Shown here in pieces: positions 1-10,128 of a DNA stretch of 64,000 bases. Where the stretch lies: positions 23,838 through 87,837 of the forward strand of contig PDTL01000014.1 in assembly GCA_002748835.1 (NCBI GenBank), read 5' to 3'. This DNA is from Deltaproteobacteria bacterium. Lineage in GTDB: Bacteria; Desulfobacterota; Desulfobacteria; Desulfobacterales; GCA-2748835. Position 1 is the stretch's first letter, and each line of letters starts with the position of its first letter. Below the pieces are notes generated by a model. The model was not told where the DNA came from. It ran no database searches and saw only the letters and a program-made list of their open reading frames with translations. The position numbers and the translations under genes are program-made.

Positions 1-181
1 CTGGGGATGATTGCTTTTTCCGTCGGTTATGCAGGTATTCGGACAGGTAGCCGAGCTCCACCAGCAGGCCGATCAGTGCCAGGGAAAAGGCCGGGTGGGC
101 ATCTGGATAGTAAAACCGCATGAGCAGGACGCCGAAAAACATGGCGATGATGATGCGGAAGATGAGCAGCTGCCGGTTCAT
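1..181 (-). CDS. hypothetical small membrane protein (N-terminal part only; gene runs off window start)
   Basis: Not in the ORF track because there is no stop in the window. A reverse-strand ATG at 181-179 opens MNRQLLIFRIIIAMFFGVLLMRFYYPDAHPAFSLALIGLLVELGYLSEY..., which contains hydrophobic helices and stays open to position 1. No family recognised. Confidence 0.3.
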   Translation of the reverse strand, partial: MNRQLLIFRIIIAMFFGVLLMRFYYPDAHPAFSLALIGLLVELGYLSEYLHNRRKKQSSP

Positions 182-545
182 GTCCGTTGTTTCCTGTATG
201 AAGGTATCCGGGCGATATTCAGTCGTCAGGGGGTATACGGAGGTAACCACTTGTTTTTACCTGGCCTGAATCGCATCCTTACACATAAATTCATTTTATA
301 GCATTTTTTTGCCTGAATTGGAATAAGCGCCAAACCAAAATCAGGTGTGATCGATGGTGACCCCTGAGCGACACGCCTTGCCTCAGACGCATTGGATATC
401 GCTGTTTGAACTTAAAACAGTGTCAAAATGAAAGGACGTTTCGATTGGAAGCGAGTAATACCCGCAGCCTGCCCCGTGGCTTTTGTATAAAAAAGGCTTG
501 CATGAAACGGCCGGTTTTGGTAGGAACTACTTCTCGTGTGATTCT

Positions 546-622
546 GGTGGGTGTAGCTCAGTTGGTAGAGCACCAGGTTGTGGCCCTGGTGGTCGAGGGT
601 TCGAGTCCCTTCACTCACCCCA
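546..622 (+). tRNA. tRNA-His (anticodon GTG)
   Basis: Cloverleaf read by eye. An extra 5' G(-1) at 546 lies opposite C619, a hallmark of tRNA-His. Acceptor stem is GTGGGTG (547-553) with CACTCAC (612-618). D-arm is TAGCTCAGTTGGTAGAGCA. Anticodon arm is CCAGG-TTGTGGC-CCTGG. T-arm is GAGGG-TTCGAGT-CCCTT. CCA is encoded at 620-622. Confidence 0.9.
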
Positions 623-633
623 TGACACACTCC

Positions 634-710
<77 letters not shown>

Positions 711-721
711 CACAAAAAAAT

Positions 722-758
722 AAGTCTTTTCAGTGAAAGCTGAAGAGACTTTTTTTTT
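722..758 (+). terminator. rho-independent terminator after the tRNA pair
   Basis: Hairpin AAGTCTTTTCAG / CTGAAGAGACTT (12 bp, one mismatch) with loop TGAAAG, followed by a run of about 9 T. Confidence 0.65.
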
Positions 759-954
759 GCTGTAAAAGTGAAAACAGATGCGGGCTGTGTGATCGACTGG
801 ATAAAGGGGAGGCTCACATATCACCGGATACCGGCCGGGGACTTCCTGAGCATCACTTGGACAAGTTGAACCGCAGCCGGAGGTTGATGTCGTGCTACGG
901 GTGTTTGATGGAAGTGTTTTAATCCCCTAGTGTGATTGGGAACATGCCCGGCAC

Positions 955-2841
955 TCAGGCGATATCGCCACGAAGCTCGGCAACCCGGGATTTGAGTATG
1001 TCAGGGGTCGCTTGTTCAGGGGGAACCCATGCACCCACATGAAACCACACCCGGGAAAAGAAACGCCTGGGCAGACCCATCATGGCCGGTCCGTGCTTAT
1101 GACTGAAAAAACTGCCCCAGAGGCCGCTGAGTGCTGTGGGAATTACCGGTACGGGATTACGTTCGAGAATGGCGGTGACGCCGTTCTTGAACACACCGAT
1201 CTCTCCATCCGGCGTGAGACGGCCTTCAGGAAAGATGCAGACAATGTCGCCGTTGTCAAGGGCGTCTGCAATGGATTCAAATGCGCGGGTATAGATCTTG
1301 GGGTTTTTCTTTTTCCCGGCAATGGGGATGGCTTTTGCTGTTCGGAAGATAAAATTAAGCAGGGGTATTTTAAAAATTGTGTGATCCATGACGAACCGGA
1401 CCGGTTTCCGGCACAGGGAAGAAAGGATCAGCGCATCCATGTAGCTGACATGATTGCAGACAATCAGTGCCGGACCGTCTGTGGGGATCCGGTCCAGGTT
1501 CGTGTGGCGGATTCGGTAAAATAGATGGGTGATGATCCAGACCAGGCACCGCATGGTGAATTCGGGCACCAGGGTGTAGATGTAAATCGCGATGGCGATG
1601 TTCATAATGGCGAGCACGAGAAAAAAAAGGGGAATGGCAAGGCCCGCCATACCGATGCTCACAGCCCCGAACACGGCGGCCACGCTCATGAAAAGCGCGT
1701 TTAAGATGTTGTTGGCCGCGATGATCCGTGAACGGACCGTTTCCTCGCTGCGCATCTGGACAAGGGCGTAAAGGGGGACGATATAGAGTCCGCCGAAAAT
1801 ACCGATGAGGATAAAATCAATGAGGACGTGGAGACTTCCCGGTGCGGTAAGAAAACCAGAAAGCGTTGAAAGCGCCCCGGTGTGCTCAAGCGGACAGGAA
1901 AGGGCGAGATCAATCCCGAATATGCTGAGTCCGATGGAACCGATGGGCACCAGCCCATACTCGACCTTTTTTCCGGACAGCCATTCGCAGAGCAGGGAGC
2001 CGGCACCGATGCCAATGGAAAAAAGGGCCAGAAGCAGGGTGACCACGGATTCAGAGCCGCAAAGAACGGTTTTGGTAAAGTTGGGAATCTGGGTCAGATA
2101 AGAGGCGCCCAGAAACCAGAACCAGGAGATGCCCAGGATTGACAGAAAGACCACACGATCTTTGCGGGCAAAAGACAGGGTCTTTGCCGTCTGGGAGAGG
2201 GGATCCCAGTTTATGGAAAGGTCCGGTGACGCCGCCCGGGCCAGGGGAATCCAGCCGCTGGCCATCCATCCGGCCAGCGCAAAACAGACGATGCTGACTG
2301 CGATCAGCAGGCGCCCGCCGTCAAGCTGTACAAGGATGCCGGCAACCAGCGTTCCCAGAAGAATGGCAAGAAAGGTCCCCATTTCCACCAGGGCATTACC
2401 GCCGATGATTTCCTGCTCGCTGAGGTGTTGGGGGATGATGCTGTATTTCACCGGCCCGAAAAACGCTGACTGGATGCCCATGAGAAAGAGCAGCAGCATG
2501 AGGAGCGGCGTGTTGTTAAAATAGAAGGCCCCGGCACCACATACCATGATGCCGATCTCAACTAGCTTGATTTGACGGATTAATCGCGATTTCTCCATCT
2601 TGTCGGCGATCTGGCCGGCGGTTGCGGAAAAAAGAAAAAATGGGAGAATGAAAAGACCGGCAGCCATGTTGATCAGGATGTCCGACGAAACTGCGGAGGC
2701 GGTCTGGTAGGCAATGAGAAGGATCAGGGCGTTCTTGTACAGGTTGTCATTGAAGGCACCGAAAAACTGGGTCCAGAAAAACGGGGCAAAACGTTTTTTT
2801 TTCATGAGCGTGAACTGGTTGGCGTGTCCGGGTTCATGCAT
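955..2841 (-). CDS. MFS (LplT-like lysophospholipid transporter) fused to a PlsC-type acyltransferase
   Basis: 628-aa ORF. The N-terminal ~400 aa are multi-TM with an LplT-like start (FFWTQFFGAFNDNLYKNAL). The C-terminal domain carries the acyltransferase motifs NHVSYMD (HX4D) and FPEGRLT. An AGGAGA RBS lies 6 nt upstream of the ATG at 2841. Confidence 0.8.
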   Translation of the reverse strand: MHEPGHANQFTLMKKKRFAPFFWTQFFGAFNDNLYKNALILLIAYQTASAVSSDILINMAAGLFILPFFLFSATAGQIADKMEKSRLIRQIKLVEIGIMVCGAGAFYFNNTPLLMLLLFLMGIQSAFFGPVKYSIIPQHLSEQEIIGGNALVEMGTFLAILLGTLVAGILVQLDGGRLLIAVSIVCFALAGWMASGWIPLARAASPDLSINWDPLSQTAKTLSFARKDRVVFLSILGISWFWFLGASYLTQIPNFTKTVLCGSESVVTLLLALFSIGIGAGSLLCEWLSGKKVEYGLVPIGSIGLSIFGIDLALSCPLEHTGALSTLSGFLTAPGSLHVLIDFILIGIFGGLYIVPLYALVQMRSEETVRSRIIAANNILNALFMSVAAVFGAVSIGMAGLAIPLFFLVLAIMNIAIAIYIYTLVPEFTMRCLVWIITHLFYRIRHTNLDRIPTDGPALIVCNHVSYMDALILSSLCRKPVRFVMDHTIFKIPLLNFIFRTAKAIPIAGKKKNPKIYTRAFESIADALDNGDIVCIFPEGRLTPDGEIGVFKNGVTAILERNPVPVIPTALSGLWGSFFSHKHGPAMMGLPRRFFSRVWFHVGAWVPPEQATPDILKSRVAELRGDIA

Positions 2842-2988
2842 GGCTTTTCTCCTATGTGAAACGGTCTGTCTGCGTTTTCATTTACAGCTCGGTGTTAACT
2901 GAAAAAAAGTCTGTCCAAAAGGGGCTGGTACAAAAATGCCATCAGCCGGACAGGATGACCCATAAACGGTGGCGGACCGTATTTTTAT

Positions 2989-3016
2989 TTGACAATCCAG
3001 TTAGAAAAGCATAAAT
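2989..3016 (+). promoter_or_regulatory. possible sigma-70 promoter
   Basis: TTGACA (2989-2994), a 16-nt spacer, then ATAAAT (3011-3016). It sits about 150 nt upstream of the 3168 start. Pattern match only. Confidence 0.3.
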
Positions 3017-3167
3017 GAGAAATCATTTTAATATCATAATAAGCGTTGCTGTAAATAGCATTTTTCTTCGTCCTGACATCGTACTCCCCAGGCCGGGCAC
3101 ATACAGTACCCGGTTTTTATCATAGGATGTTCTGCATCAATAAATGCAGGTTTTTCAGGAGGCATCA

Positions 3168-3869
3168 ATGTTTGACTGCAGAGATCGGATTGCTGGTTCA
3201 ATCGCAGGCGCCATGATTGCTGTGATGCTTCTCGTGGTCGCTGGACCGGTGTCTGGAGAAAAAACGGTCCCGGCAGACACCAACGACTGGTTTGTGGTTC
3301 CGGACTATGACACGTATAAGCCCGAAGTGATTGCGGTTCTGCCCATGGATAACTTCTCTCTGGAACCCGAGCACGAAAAAGCGCTGTTTGATGCAGTGTA
3401 TGACCGGCTCATGGCAAAAGGATACCGGAAAATCGATGTCCATCGCGTGGAACGTGTCATGAACGACCTGGGGATTCAGGTGGCTGGCCAGTTGTCCGGT
3501 ATTTCCGCGAAACGGCTGGGAAAAGCCTTGAACTGCGATGCGGTGATCAAGGGGCAGATCGATCAGGCTGCCGGCATCCACAAAGGCGTGTATGATGCTG
3601 TGGTGGTTTCCTGCTCTCTGACCCTTCAGAACTGTCATACCGGGCGCACGCTGTGGCAGACCCAGCAGTGGCGGGCCGCGCACCGGCAGTGGCAGGTGGA
3701 CCCGGTGAACCTGTTTCTTAATCTGGCCGCCCACAGTATGGGCTCCCGCAAGCAGCGGATCGCCTGGCTGGTGGAGGAAATGCTGAAAACATTGCCTGCG
3801 GGAACAGTGCAGACCGTATCCGACAATTTGCTGGATCAGGCCCTTGAGATTGAGGCGAATGAAGAATAA
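3168..3869 (+). CDS. exported protein with LpoB/DUF799/CsgG-like alpha-beta module (function unknown)
   Basis: I prefer the ATG at 3168, which is preceded by CAGGAGG, over the track start at 3144. There is an N-terminal hydrophobic signal/anchor (IAGSIAGAMIAVMLLVVAGPVSG). The core pattern VLPMDN...LMAKGY...LNCDAVIKGQI...SLTLQNCHTGRTLW resembles small envelope lipoproteins of the LpoB/DUF799 type. This assignment is by eye. Confidence 0.55.
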   Translation: MFDCRDRIAGSIAGAMIAVMLLVVAGPVSGEKTVPADTNDWFVVPDYDTYKPEVIAVLPMDNFSLEPEHEKALFDAVYDRLMAKGYRKIDVHRVERVMNDLGIQVAGQLSGISAKRLGKALNCDAVIKGQIDQAAGIHKGVYDAVVVSCSLTLQNCHTGRTLWQTQQWRAAHRQWQVDPVNLFLNLAAHSMGSRKQRIAWLVEEMLKTLPAGTVQTVSDNLLDQALEIEANEE

Positions 3870-3930
3870 ATATAAATAAATTAGGCTAGTTATGGTCTGC
3901 ATTCCAAACCTGTAATGCCGAAGGAGTGAA

Positions 3931-5094
3931 ATGATGAAACCGCAGCCGAAAGGTGTGAGTACCGGAAATTGGTTCGTTATGGTGTTTGTCGTCTGCTGTC
4001 TGATGGTACCGTCGCCTGTGATGGCTGCCAAATCACCTGACAAGGTCCGGACAAAAGTCAAACATAAGCCCATAAAATATTTCGTTTCCGGAAGCCGTAT
4101 TGAGATAAAGGCCAAAGTCAGGGATCCTTCTGGTGTTTCTCTGGTTCGGTGTTATTTCAAGGGGACTGCGGAAGCCGATTATGTGTTTGTGGAGCTGACT
4201 TCGGATAACGGCAAGCAGTACCAGGGGCTGCTTCCGGCACCAGGCGAAAACACTGAAATGATCGATTACCTTTTTCTGGTGGTGAATGGCAACCGGCAGG
4301 TGGTCCGGACCCAGTCCTATCAGGTGGAAAAAAAGGACAAGAAATACACACCGGGATGGCAGCAGGCTAAAACCGATCAGGCGGTTCAGGTATACAGCGA
4401 ACTGCCCAATCCCCCGTCAATGCCGCCAGGATTTTCCGATTCCGTGACCATGGACGTGGTCGAATCCGCGTTCCGGTTCGGTTTTGTGGTCGCAGGGATC
4501 TACACCCTTGACAAGATTGGGGAAACCGGCGGGTCTGGTGCACTTGCGGGCAGTGCAGCTTCTGGCGGTACTACTGCAGCGGCTGCTGGAACCATCACCG
4601 CTACAGCCGGTCTTTCCACCGCTGCAGTTGTCGGGCTTACTGCCGGAGCCATCGCCGCCGGAGCCGGTGCCGCCGGTGCCGCAGGCGGGGGAAGCGATGA
4701 TGATCACGGCGGCCGTGTTGATGACTCTGATCTTCAGGGAGCCTCCGGTGAAGTCCGTGTGAATCTCCAATGGTCCAACTGTGACGATCTGGACCTGCAT
4801 GTGAAGGATCCGTGTGGAGTGACGATTTATTACAGGAGCAGAATCCACGCGTGTGATGGAAAAACAGGGGCCCTGGATGTGGATGCGAATTCCCGTTCAT
4901 GTAGCGATAGTCCGGCTGAAAATATTTACTGGGAAGATGCACCCAGGGGCACCTACACGGTTCATGTTAACCATTACAGGGGAACCCATAACACCGCGTA
5001 CCAGGTGACGGTAATTACCGGAAGCGATAGAAAGGAGTTTTCCGGCACCATCTCGCCGGATCAATTTCTGGATATCACAACCTTCACATACTGA
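3931..5094 (+). CDS. secreted protein with Gly/Ala-rich linker and Cys-rich DUF2135-like C-terminal domain
   Basis: AAGGAG RBS. Signal peptide WFVMVFVVCCLMVPSPVMAAK. A low-complexity G/A/T stretch spans about 4540-4690. The C-terminus LQWSNCDDLDLHVKDPCGVTIYY...ENIYWEDAPRGTYTVHVNHY matches the DLDLHV..P.G...Y...G.Y.V.V.Y pattern that I associate with DUF2135 (YfaP-type). Confidence 0.65.
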   Translation: MMKPQPKGVSTGNWFVMVFVVCCLMVPSPVMAAKSPDKVRTKVKHKPIKYFVSGSRIEIKAKVRDPSGVSLVRCYFKGTAEADYVFVELTSDNGKQYQGLLPAPGENTEMIDYLFLVVNGNRQVVRTQSYQVEKKDKKYTPGWQQAKTDQAVQVYSELPNPPSMPPGFSDSVTMDVVESAFRFGFVVAGIYTLDKIGETGGSGALAGSAASGGTTAAAAGTITATAGLSTAAVVGLTAGAIAAGAGAAGAAGGGSDDDHGGRVDDSDLQGASGEVRVNLQWSNCDDLDLHVKDPCGVTIYYRSRIHACDGKTGALDVDANSRSCSDSPAENIYWEDAPRGTYTVHVNHYRGTHNTAYQVTVITGSDRKEFSGTISPDQFLDITTFTY

Positions 5095-5151
5095 AAACAC
5101 ACCAGTGCGGGCGAATTGTACCGCCTGTCAATAACCGTATTCACGTTTTTC

Positions 5152-5186
5152 CGGCCCGGCACTCCGCTGCCGGGCCGTTTGAGTTT
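5152..5186 (+). terminator. stem-loop / probable terminator
   Basis: Perfect 10-bp stem CGGCCCGGCA (5152-5161) with TGCCGGGCCG (5168-5177), followed by TTTGAGTTT. It separates the 3931 gene from the exporter operon. Confidence 0.45.
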
Positions 5187-6599
5187 ATGTTTATGAGGTT
5201 TCATGTGCCGTGTGCGCGGGTTATCCTTCTGCTGGTCTTGTCACAGATCGCCAGTGCTGCATCGTTGCGTCCGGAATCAGCCCTCCCCCTGGAATTATCT
5301 CTGCAAGACGCCTGTCACATCTCCCTGGTGAAAAACAAGACCCTGAAATCCGCGATGAACAGTGTGACGCGTGCACGCATGCAACGTGAGGACCGGCAGG
5401 CGGATTTTTACTGGCACATCCGGCCGGATGGCGAACTGGGGACAGCCGATGGCGACGCCTATGCCGGCATGGGAGTGCTTGCAGAGCGGAAACTGGGCTG
5501 GGGGCCGGAGGTCCATATCAAACCGTATGCGGACCGATCTCCCACCCATTATGAGAGCGGCATTTCCGCAGGTCTCCAGGTACCGCTGCTCAGGGGCCGG
5601 GGACGACCCATTGTGATGGACGGAGTCATCACTGCAGAATTCAGCGAAACCCTGACGGGTTTAAGCCTTCAGCGAGCGCGAAGCAGCGTCCTTCTGGGGG
5701 TGATCGAGACCTACTACAAGGCGCGGCTTCAGGAATCCCTTCTGGAATTGTATGACACCCATTACCGTTTTATTGAAGCCCAGGTTGAAAAAGTGATTTT
5801 AAAGGAATCCATGGGGCTTGCCACGTCCATGGATGTGTATCGGGCCCATCAGCGGCTCAACGATGATGCGGACCGTATCGCGGAAGTAAAAAATCGGCTG
5901 GCTGGGTATGTGGACCAACTCAAAGAGCTGCTGTCCATGGATCTGGACTGCCCTGTCTGTCTGACCCCGGTGCCTGAATGTTCGTTTATCCTTCCGGAAG
6001 CAGCTGCGGCAGTGAAAACCGCCCTGGCAAATCGAATAGACGTCATCATCGCCGAGCGCTCTGTGAAAGAAGCGGCGCGTCAGGCTCGCTTGGCCCGCCA
6101 TACGCTGCTGCCCCAGCTGGATATGAACGTGAACTATCGCCAGTACGGCACAGGGGAGAGCATGAGCGAGGCGTCCCAACTGGACGAACACGCCTGGCGC
6201 ATTTCACTGGGAAGCACCACGGATTTTTTCCGGCGGGCTGAACGATCTGCCTATCGGCAGGAGTTGATCAACCTTCGGAATGCGGAATTATCCAGGGAGA
6301 CCGTCCGGCAGCAGGTAATCAAAGAGGTCAATGCCCGGCTGGAGTCGATAAAAAAAAACCAGGAACAGATGGTGCTGCGTCGGCAGGCGGAATCCGTTGC
6401 TGCGGGGAAAAAGGAATTGTCCCAGATCAAGTATATGCAGGGACTGTCGGATAACGCCGATACCATGGATGCGGAAGTGGAATCTCTTCAGGCACAGGAG
6501 AGCAGGATGACGGCCGAGGTCGATTATGCACTGGGTATCTATCAACTCCAGGCTGCCATGGGGATTCTGGAATCGTTTGTCATGGGTGAGGCGCCGTGA
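5187..6599 (+). CDS. TolC-family outer membrane efflux protein
   Basis: 470 aa with a signal peptide (ILLLVLSQIASAAS). It has two repeated helical halves with typical OEP-type heptad content. Its stop overlaps the next start (GTGA at 6596-6599). Confidence 0.75.
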   Translation: MFMRFHVPCARVILLLVLSQIASAASLRPESALPLELSLQDACHISLVKNKTLKSAMNSVTRARMQREDRQADFYWHIRPDGELGTADGDAYAGMGVLAERKLGWGPEVHIKPYADRSPTHYESGISAGLQVPLLRGRGRPIVMDGVITAEFSETLTGLSLQRARSSVLLGVIETYYKARLQESLLELYDTHYRFIEAQVEKVILKESMGLATSMDVYRAHQRLNDDADRIAEVKNRLAGYVDQLKELLSMDLDCPVCLTPVPECSFILPEAAAAVKTALANRIDVIIAERSVKEAARQARLARHTLLPQLDMNVNYRQYGTGESMSEASQLDEHAWRISLGSTTDFFRRAERSAYRQELINLRNAELSRETVRQQVIKEVNARLESIKKNQEQMVLRRQAESVAAGKKELSQIKYMQGLSDNADTMDAEVESLQAQESRMTAEVDYALGIYQLQAAMGILESFVMGEAP

Positions 6600-8059
6600 A
6601 AAAGTTGACCGGTTCACAGAAATGGCGGCTTGCTGGCCTCTGCGTGATTTCAGTCATTCTCCTGGCCATGGCAGTACGCATTCAGACGTGGATGAACGCC
6701 CGTCAAATGAACGACCTGCTGACGTGTCGGGCTGAACCGGCGTCGTTTTCCGTTCAGGTGGATACCATTGGTGTTCTGGATACCTCCCGTTCCCACATGG
6801 TGGCGTCATCGCTCCGGGGTGAGGAAGCGAAAATTATTTATCTGATCGAAGACGGCGCCCATGTGTCAAAAGGGGATCTGCTGATCCGGTTTGACAATAC
6901 GCCGTATGCGGAAAAAACCCGTCGCCTTGAAGGGGATGTGCGGACCCTCACGGCAGCGGTCCGTGCCAAGGAACAGGTACTGGCCTGGGAGCGGAACCAG
7001 GTTGAGAAATCCCTGAACACGGCAGCGTACAACATGAAGGTCGCGGTGCTGGAGCTTCGGAAGCTCAAAGAAGGAGACGGCCCCCTTCAAATTGCGACTC
7101 TGACCGAAGCCGTTAACGGGGCGGCAGGAGATCTTGAAAAGTATCGTGTTTATTTGGCGAAATTGATACAGCTTCAGGAACGGGGGTATGAAAACCTGGC
7201 AGAAGTGGCCCAGGCACGAAAAAAAATCGCCGAGTTCACAGAGAAGCTTGCCACAGCTGAAAAAAAGAAACAAAGTTATGAAAACCATGTGTTCCCGACC
7301 CTTGTGGAAGCCGCCAATGCCAGGGTGGAACGGGCGGACATGGAACAGGTGGCGCTGAAGACCGGCGGGACGTTCAAGATTGCCAAAGCCATGTCGGATC
7401 TTGAAGAGAGTCGGCAGCGGCTGATCACCGCACAGACTGCCCTTGCAGAAGCCGAAGCGGAACTCTCCCAGACCGAGTTGTACGCACCGTTTGCAGGCAT
7501 TGTTATCCTGTATGAAACCTACCGGGACGGGGAAAAACGCAAACCTCGGGTGGGGGATCGCGCCATCCGGAATCAGCCCATCTTGTATCTGCCGGATGTC
7601 ACCGCCATGGTAGTGAAAACCCAGATCCGGGAAATCGACCTGAAGAAAGTGTCTCTGGGAATGCCGGCAACCGTACGGGTGGATGCCTACCCGGACCAGA
7701 TGTTCAAGGGTACTGTCGGATTTGTGGGTGCACTTGCCACAGACCGCCCCATGAATGGTTTGGGCGGCAAGTATTTTCAGCTGTCCGTCATGCTTCCGGA
7801 TGCGGGCGATGATCTCCGTCCGGGCATGACCGCCCGGGTGACCCTGCATGCCGGAGAAATCTCCGCAGCCCGTGCCCTGCCCGTGGAAGCGGTTTTTGTT
7901 TCCGGCGGAAGAACGGTGGTCTTCCGGCAGACAGACCAGGGCTGGGAATCTGTGGCGGTGCAGACCGGTGCGGATAACGGGGACTGGGTCGAAATCCTGT
8001 CCGGGATATCCCTCGGGGATGTGATCTCCCGGGTACGCCCGGAAAAGAGGCTGCACTGA
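6596..8059 (+). CDS. HlyD/MacA-family periplasmic adaptor (membrane fusion protein)
   Basis: It has an N-terminal TM, a lipoyl-like half motif (GDLLIRFD ... LYAPFAGIV), a long coiled-coil insert and a beta-barrel C-terminus. There is a 1-nt overlap (ATGA type) with the ATPase start at 8059. Confidence 0.85.
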   Translation: MKKLTGSQKWRLAGLCVISVILLAMAVRIQTWMNARQMNDLLTCRAEPASFSVQVDTIGVLDTSRSHMVASSLRGEEAKIIYLIEDGAHVSKGDLLIRFDNTPYAEKTRRLEGDVRTLTAAVRAKEQVLAWERNQVEKSLNTAAYNMKVAVLELRKLKEGDGPLQIATLTEAVNGAAGDLEKYRVYLAKLIQLQERGYENLAEVAQARKKIAEFTEKLATAEKKKQSYENHVFPTLVEAANARVERADMEQVALKTGGTFKIAKAMSDLEESRQRLITAQTALAEAEAELSQTELYAPFAGIVILYETYRDGEKRKPRVGDRAIRNQPILYLPDVTAMVVKTQIREIDLKKVSLGMPATVRVDAYPDQMFKGTVGFVGALATDRPMNGLGGKYFQLSVMLPDAGDDLRPGMTARVTLHAGEISAARALPVEAVFVSGGRTVVFRQTDQGWESVAVQTGADNGDWVEILSGISLGDVISRVRPEKRLH

Positions 8060-8721
8060 TGCGTATCTGCCTTGAATCCATCAGTAAATCCTATCGTGTG
8101 GGCGGCCGCGACCTGGCCGTGCTCCGGGAGGTCGATTTCCGGGTGAAAACCGGAGAATTTGTTTCCATCTGCGGTCCTTCAGGCTCCGGAAAATCAACCC
8201 TCCTGCATATTATCGGACTCTTGGAAAAACCCGGCAGCGGTGCCTATCTGTTTGACGGCAAACCTGTCCAGGAAATGGACGATAACAGCCGGTCGCGGCT
8301 TCGGGCAGAAGCCATCGGTTTTGTGTTTCAGGCGTTTAATCTGGTGCCGACCCTGACTGTGCTGGAAAATGTGATGCTGCCGTTTCTCTACAACGACATG
8401 GATGCGGCATCGGCAAAAACGCGGAGTTGTCATGCGATTTCCCGGGTGGGGCTGACCTCCCGGATCAACCACCGGCCGAACATGCTGTCCGGCGGGGAAA
8501 TGCAGCGTGTCGCCATTGCCCGGGCCATTGCCACGCGGCCCCGCCTGATCCTGGCAGATGAACCCACAGGGAACCTTGATTCTGCCACGGGCAGCCGGAT
8601 TCTGGATATTTTTCAAGCCCTTCATGCCGAAGGATCGACATTGCTGCTCATCACCCATGATGCGGCCGTGGCAGCTCGCGCGTCCAGACGGGTCTTCATG
8701 GAGGACGGGATCCTTGTCTGA
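8059..8721 (+). CDS. ABC transporter ATP-binding protein (MacB/LolD family)
   Basis: Walker [11 protein letters not shown]-loop, signature [14 protein letters not shown], Walker [13 protein letters not shown] and H-loop ITHD. Confidence 0.92.
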   Translation: MRICLESISKSYRVGGRDLAVLREVDFRVKTGEFVSICGPSGSGKSTLLHIIGLLEKPGSGAYLFDGKPVQEMDDNSRSRLRAEAIGFVFQAFNLVPTLTVLENVMLPFLYNDMDAASAKTRSCHAISRVGLTSRINHRPNMLSGGEMQRVAIARAIATRPRLILADEPTGNLDSATGSRILDIFQALHAEGSTLLLITHDAAVAARASRRVFMEDGILV

Positions 8722-9970
8722 TGTTTTGCGCCGTTCCGGTCACGGCATTGTTTCAGCCACCCGCAGCCTGACCCAGCACCGGCTCCGGTCCGGCCTGAGC
8801 ATTCTGGGGGTGATTTGCGGGGTCTCTGCCGTGGTGTCCATGCTGGCTGTGGGAGAAGGCGCAAAAGCCCGGGTCATGGAGCGGATCGATCGGCTGGGTG
8901 CGCGGAATATCTATATTTCAGATGCCGTATACACCGAAGCGCAGCGTGCGGAAGCCGGCATGCGGGCATCCAGGGGCCTGACCCTTGAGGATCTTGAGCA
9001 GATTCGGAACCACACCTCCCTGGTGAGCTCCGCCTCCGGGGTGATCCAGATCCAGAGCCGGGTTGCCGCAGAGAGCAGCGCTGAAGCGTCCGATGTTCTG
9101 GCCTGCAGCGCCAACTACAGGGCAGTGTACGGATGGAAACTTGCGGCCGGCCGGTTTCTCACGGATTTAGACAGCCGGGAGCAACGTCTGGTCTGCGTGC
9201 TGGGCCGCTCGGTGTCGGATGACCTGGGAGCGGAGGGACGCGTGGGCGCATTGCTGCGCATCGGCGGGCATCTGTTTACGGTCAAGGGCATCCTCGACAA
9301 CGTGGCAGACGCAGGGGAGGATTCGGCTGCGCTGGCCATGCGGGATGTGAACCAGATGATCCTGATCCCCCTTGAAAGTGCCGGTGCGCTGAACAGCGGA
9401 TCCACCCAGATCGACAACACCTCACGACTGTCTGAGATCCTTGTCAGGGTGGTTGCCGTGTCCCGGGTTCCGGAGGCTGCGGCACTGATTTCACGACTTC
9501 TGGAAAAACAGCATTTTGGTGCGGCAGACTACCGCATCCTGGTCCCCATGGAGCTGCTCAACGAGGCGCGCCAGACCCAGCGGACCTTTCATCTGATTCT
9601 GGCGGCCATTGCCGGAATTTCTCTGGTGGTCGGCGGCATCGGCATCATGAATATCATGTTGGCAACGGTTACGGAACGGACCCGGGAAATCGGGATCCGC
9701 CGGGCCGTGGGAGCGACGCGGAACGATATCGCTTATCAGTTTTTAAGCGAATCTCTGGTGCTGACCCTTACCGGCGGATGCGTCGGCCTTGCTGCCGGAA
9801 GCGCTGCTGCACGGATCATCACCCGGCTTGCCGGGTGGCCCACGGTGATTACGCTGTGGTCGGTGCTGCTCCCGTTTTTGCTGGCCATGGGCGTGGGCGT
9901 TGTGTTCGGTCTGTACCCGGCAATCAAGGCGGCACGCATGGATCCGATTTCAGCGCTTAGGTTTGGATGA
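8714..9970 (+). CDS. MacB-type ABC permease (FtsX/MacB_PCD family)
   Basis: The frame is that of track ORF 8558..9970, but the first ~50 codons overlap the ATPase gene. A TTG at 8714 lies 7 nt after GGAGGA and gives the typical N-terminus (..ATRSLTQHRLRSGLSILGVICGV). The layout is TM1, a large periplasmic domain, then 3 TMs of FtsX type. The start is uncertain by a few codons. Confidence 0.85.
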   Translation: MSDVLRRSGHGIVSATRSLTQHRLRSGLSILGVICGVSAVVSMLAVGEGAKARVMERIDRLGARNIYISDAVYTEAQRAEAGMRASRGLTLEDLEQIRNHTSLVSSASGVIQIQSRVAAESSAEASDVLACSANYRAVYGWKLAAGRFLTDLDSREQRLVCVLGRSVSDDLGAEGRVGALLRIGGHLFTVKGILDNVADAGEDSAALAMRDVNQMILIPLESAGALNSGSTQIDNTSRLSEILVRVVAVSRVPEAAALISRLLEKQHFGAADYRILVPMELLNEARQTQRTFHLILAAIAGISLVVGGIGIMNIMLATVTERTREIGIRRAVGATRNDIAYQFLSESLVLTLTGGCVGLAAGSAAARIITRLAGWPTVITLWSVLLPFLLAMGVGVVFGLYPAIKAARMDPISALRFG

Positions 9971-10128
9971 AGGCTCTGTTAATCTGTATGGATAAAAGAG
10001 GGTTAGGGTAGTGGGATGAAAAAAAACAGCGCGGAGTCGGTTTAATAGTTGCAAATACGGATGAAAGTACGGTATTGATAACGCATAGCAACCAAAAGAT
10101 TGGCATCAGCTACAGGAAGTTGATCTGA

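Noticed and set aside
6866-8056. 396-aa minus-strand ORF antisense to the HlyD-family gene
   Set aside because: The same reasoning applies. The plus-strand product has adaptor hallmarks and is translationally coupled to its neighbours.
8558-8713. Track start (ATG 8558) for the FtsX/MacB permease
   Set aside because: It would overlap the ATPase gene by 164 nt, and the extra residues do not resemble permease N-termini. The TTG at 8714 behind GGAGGA fits better.
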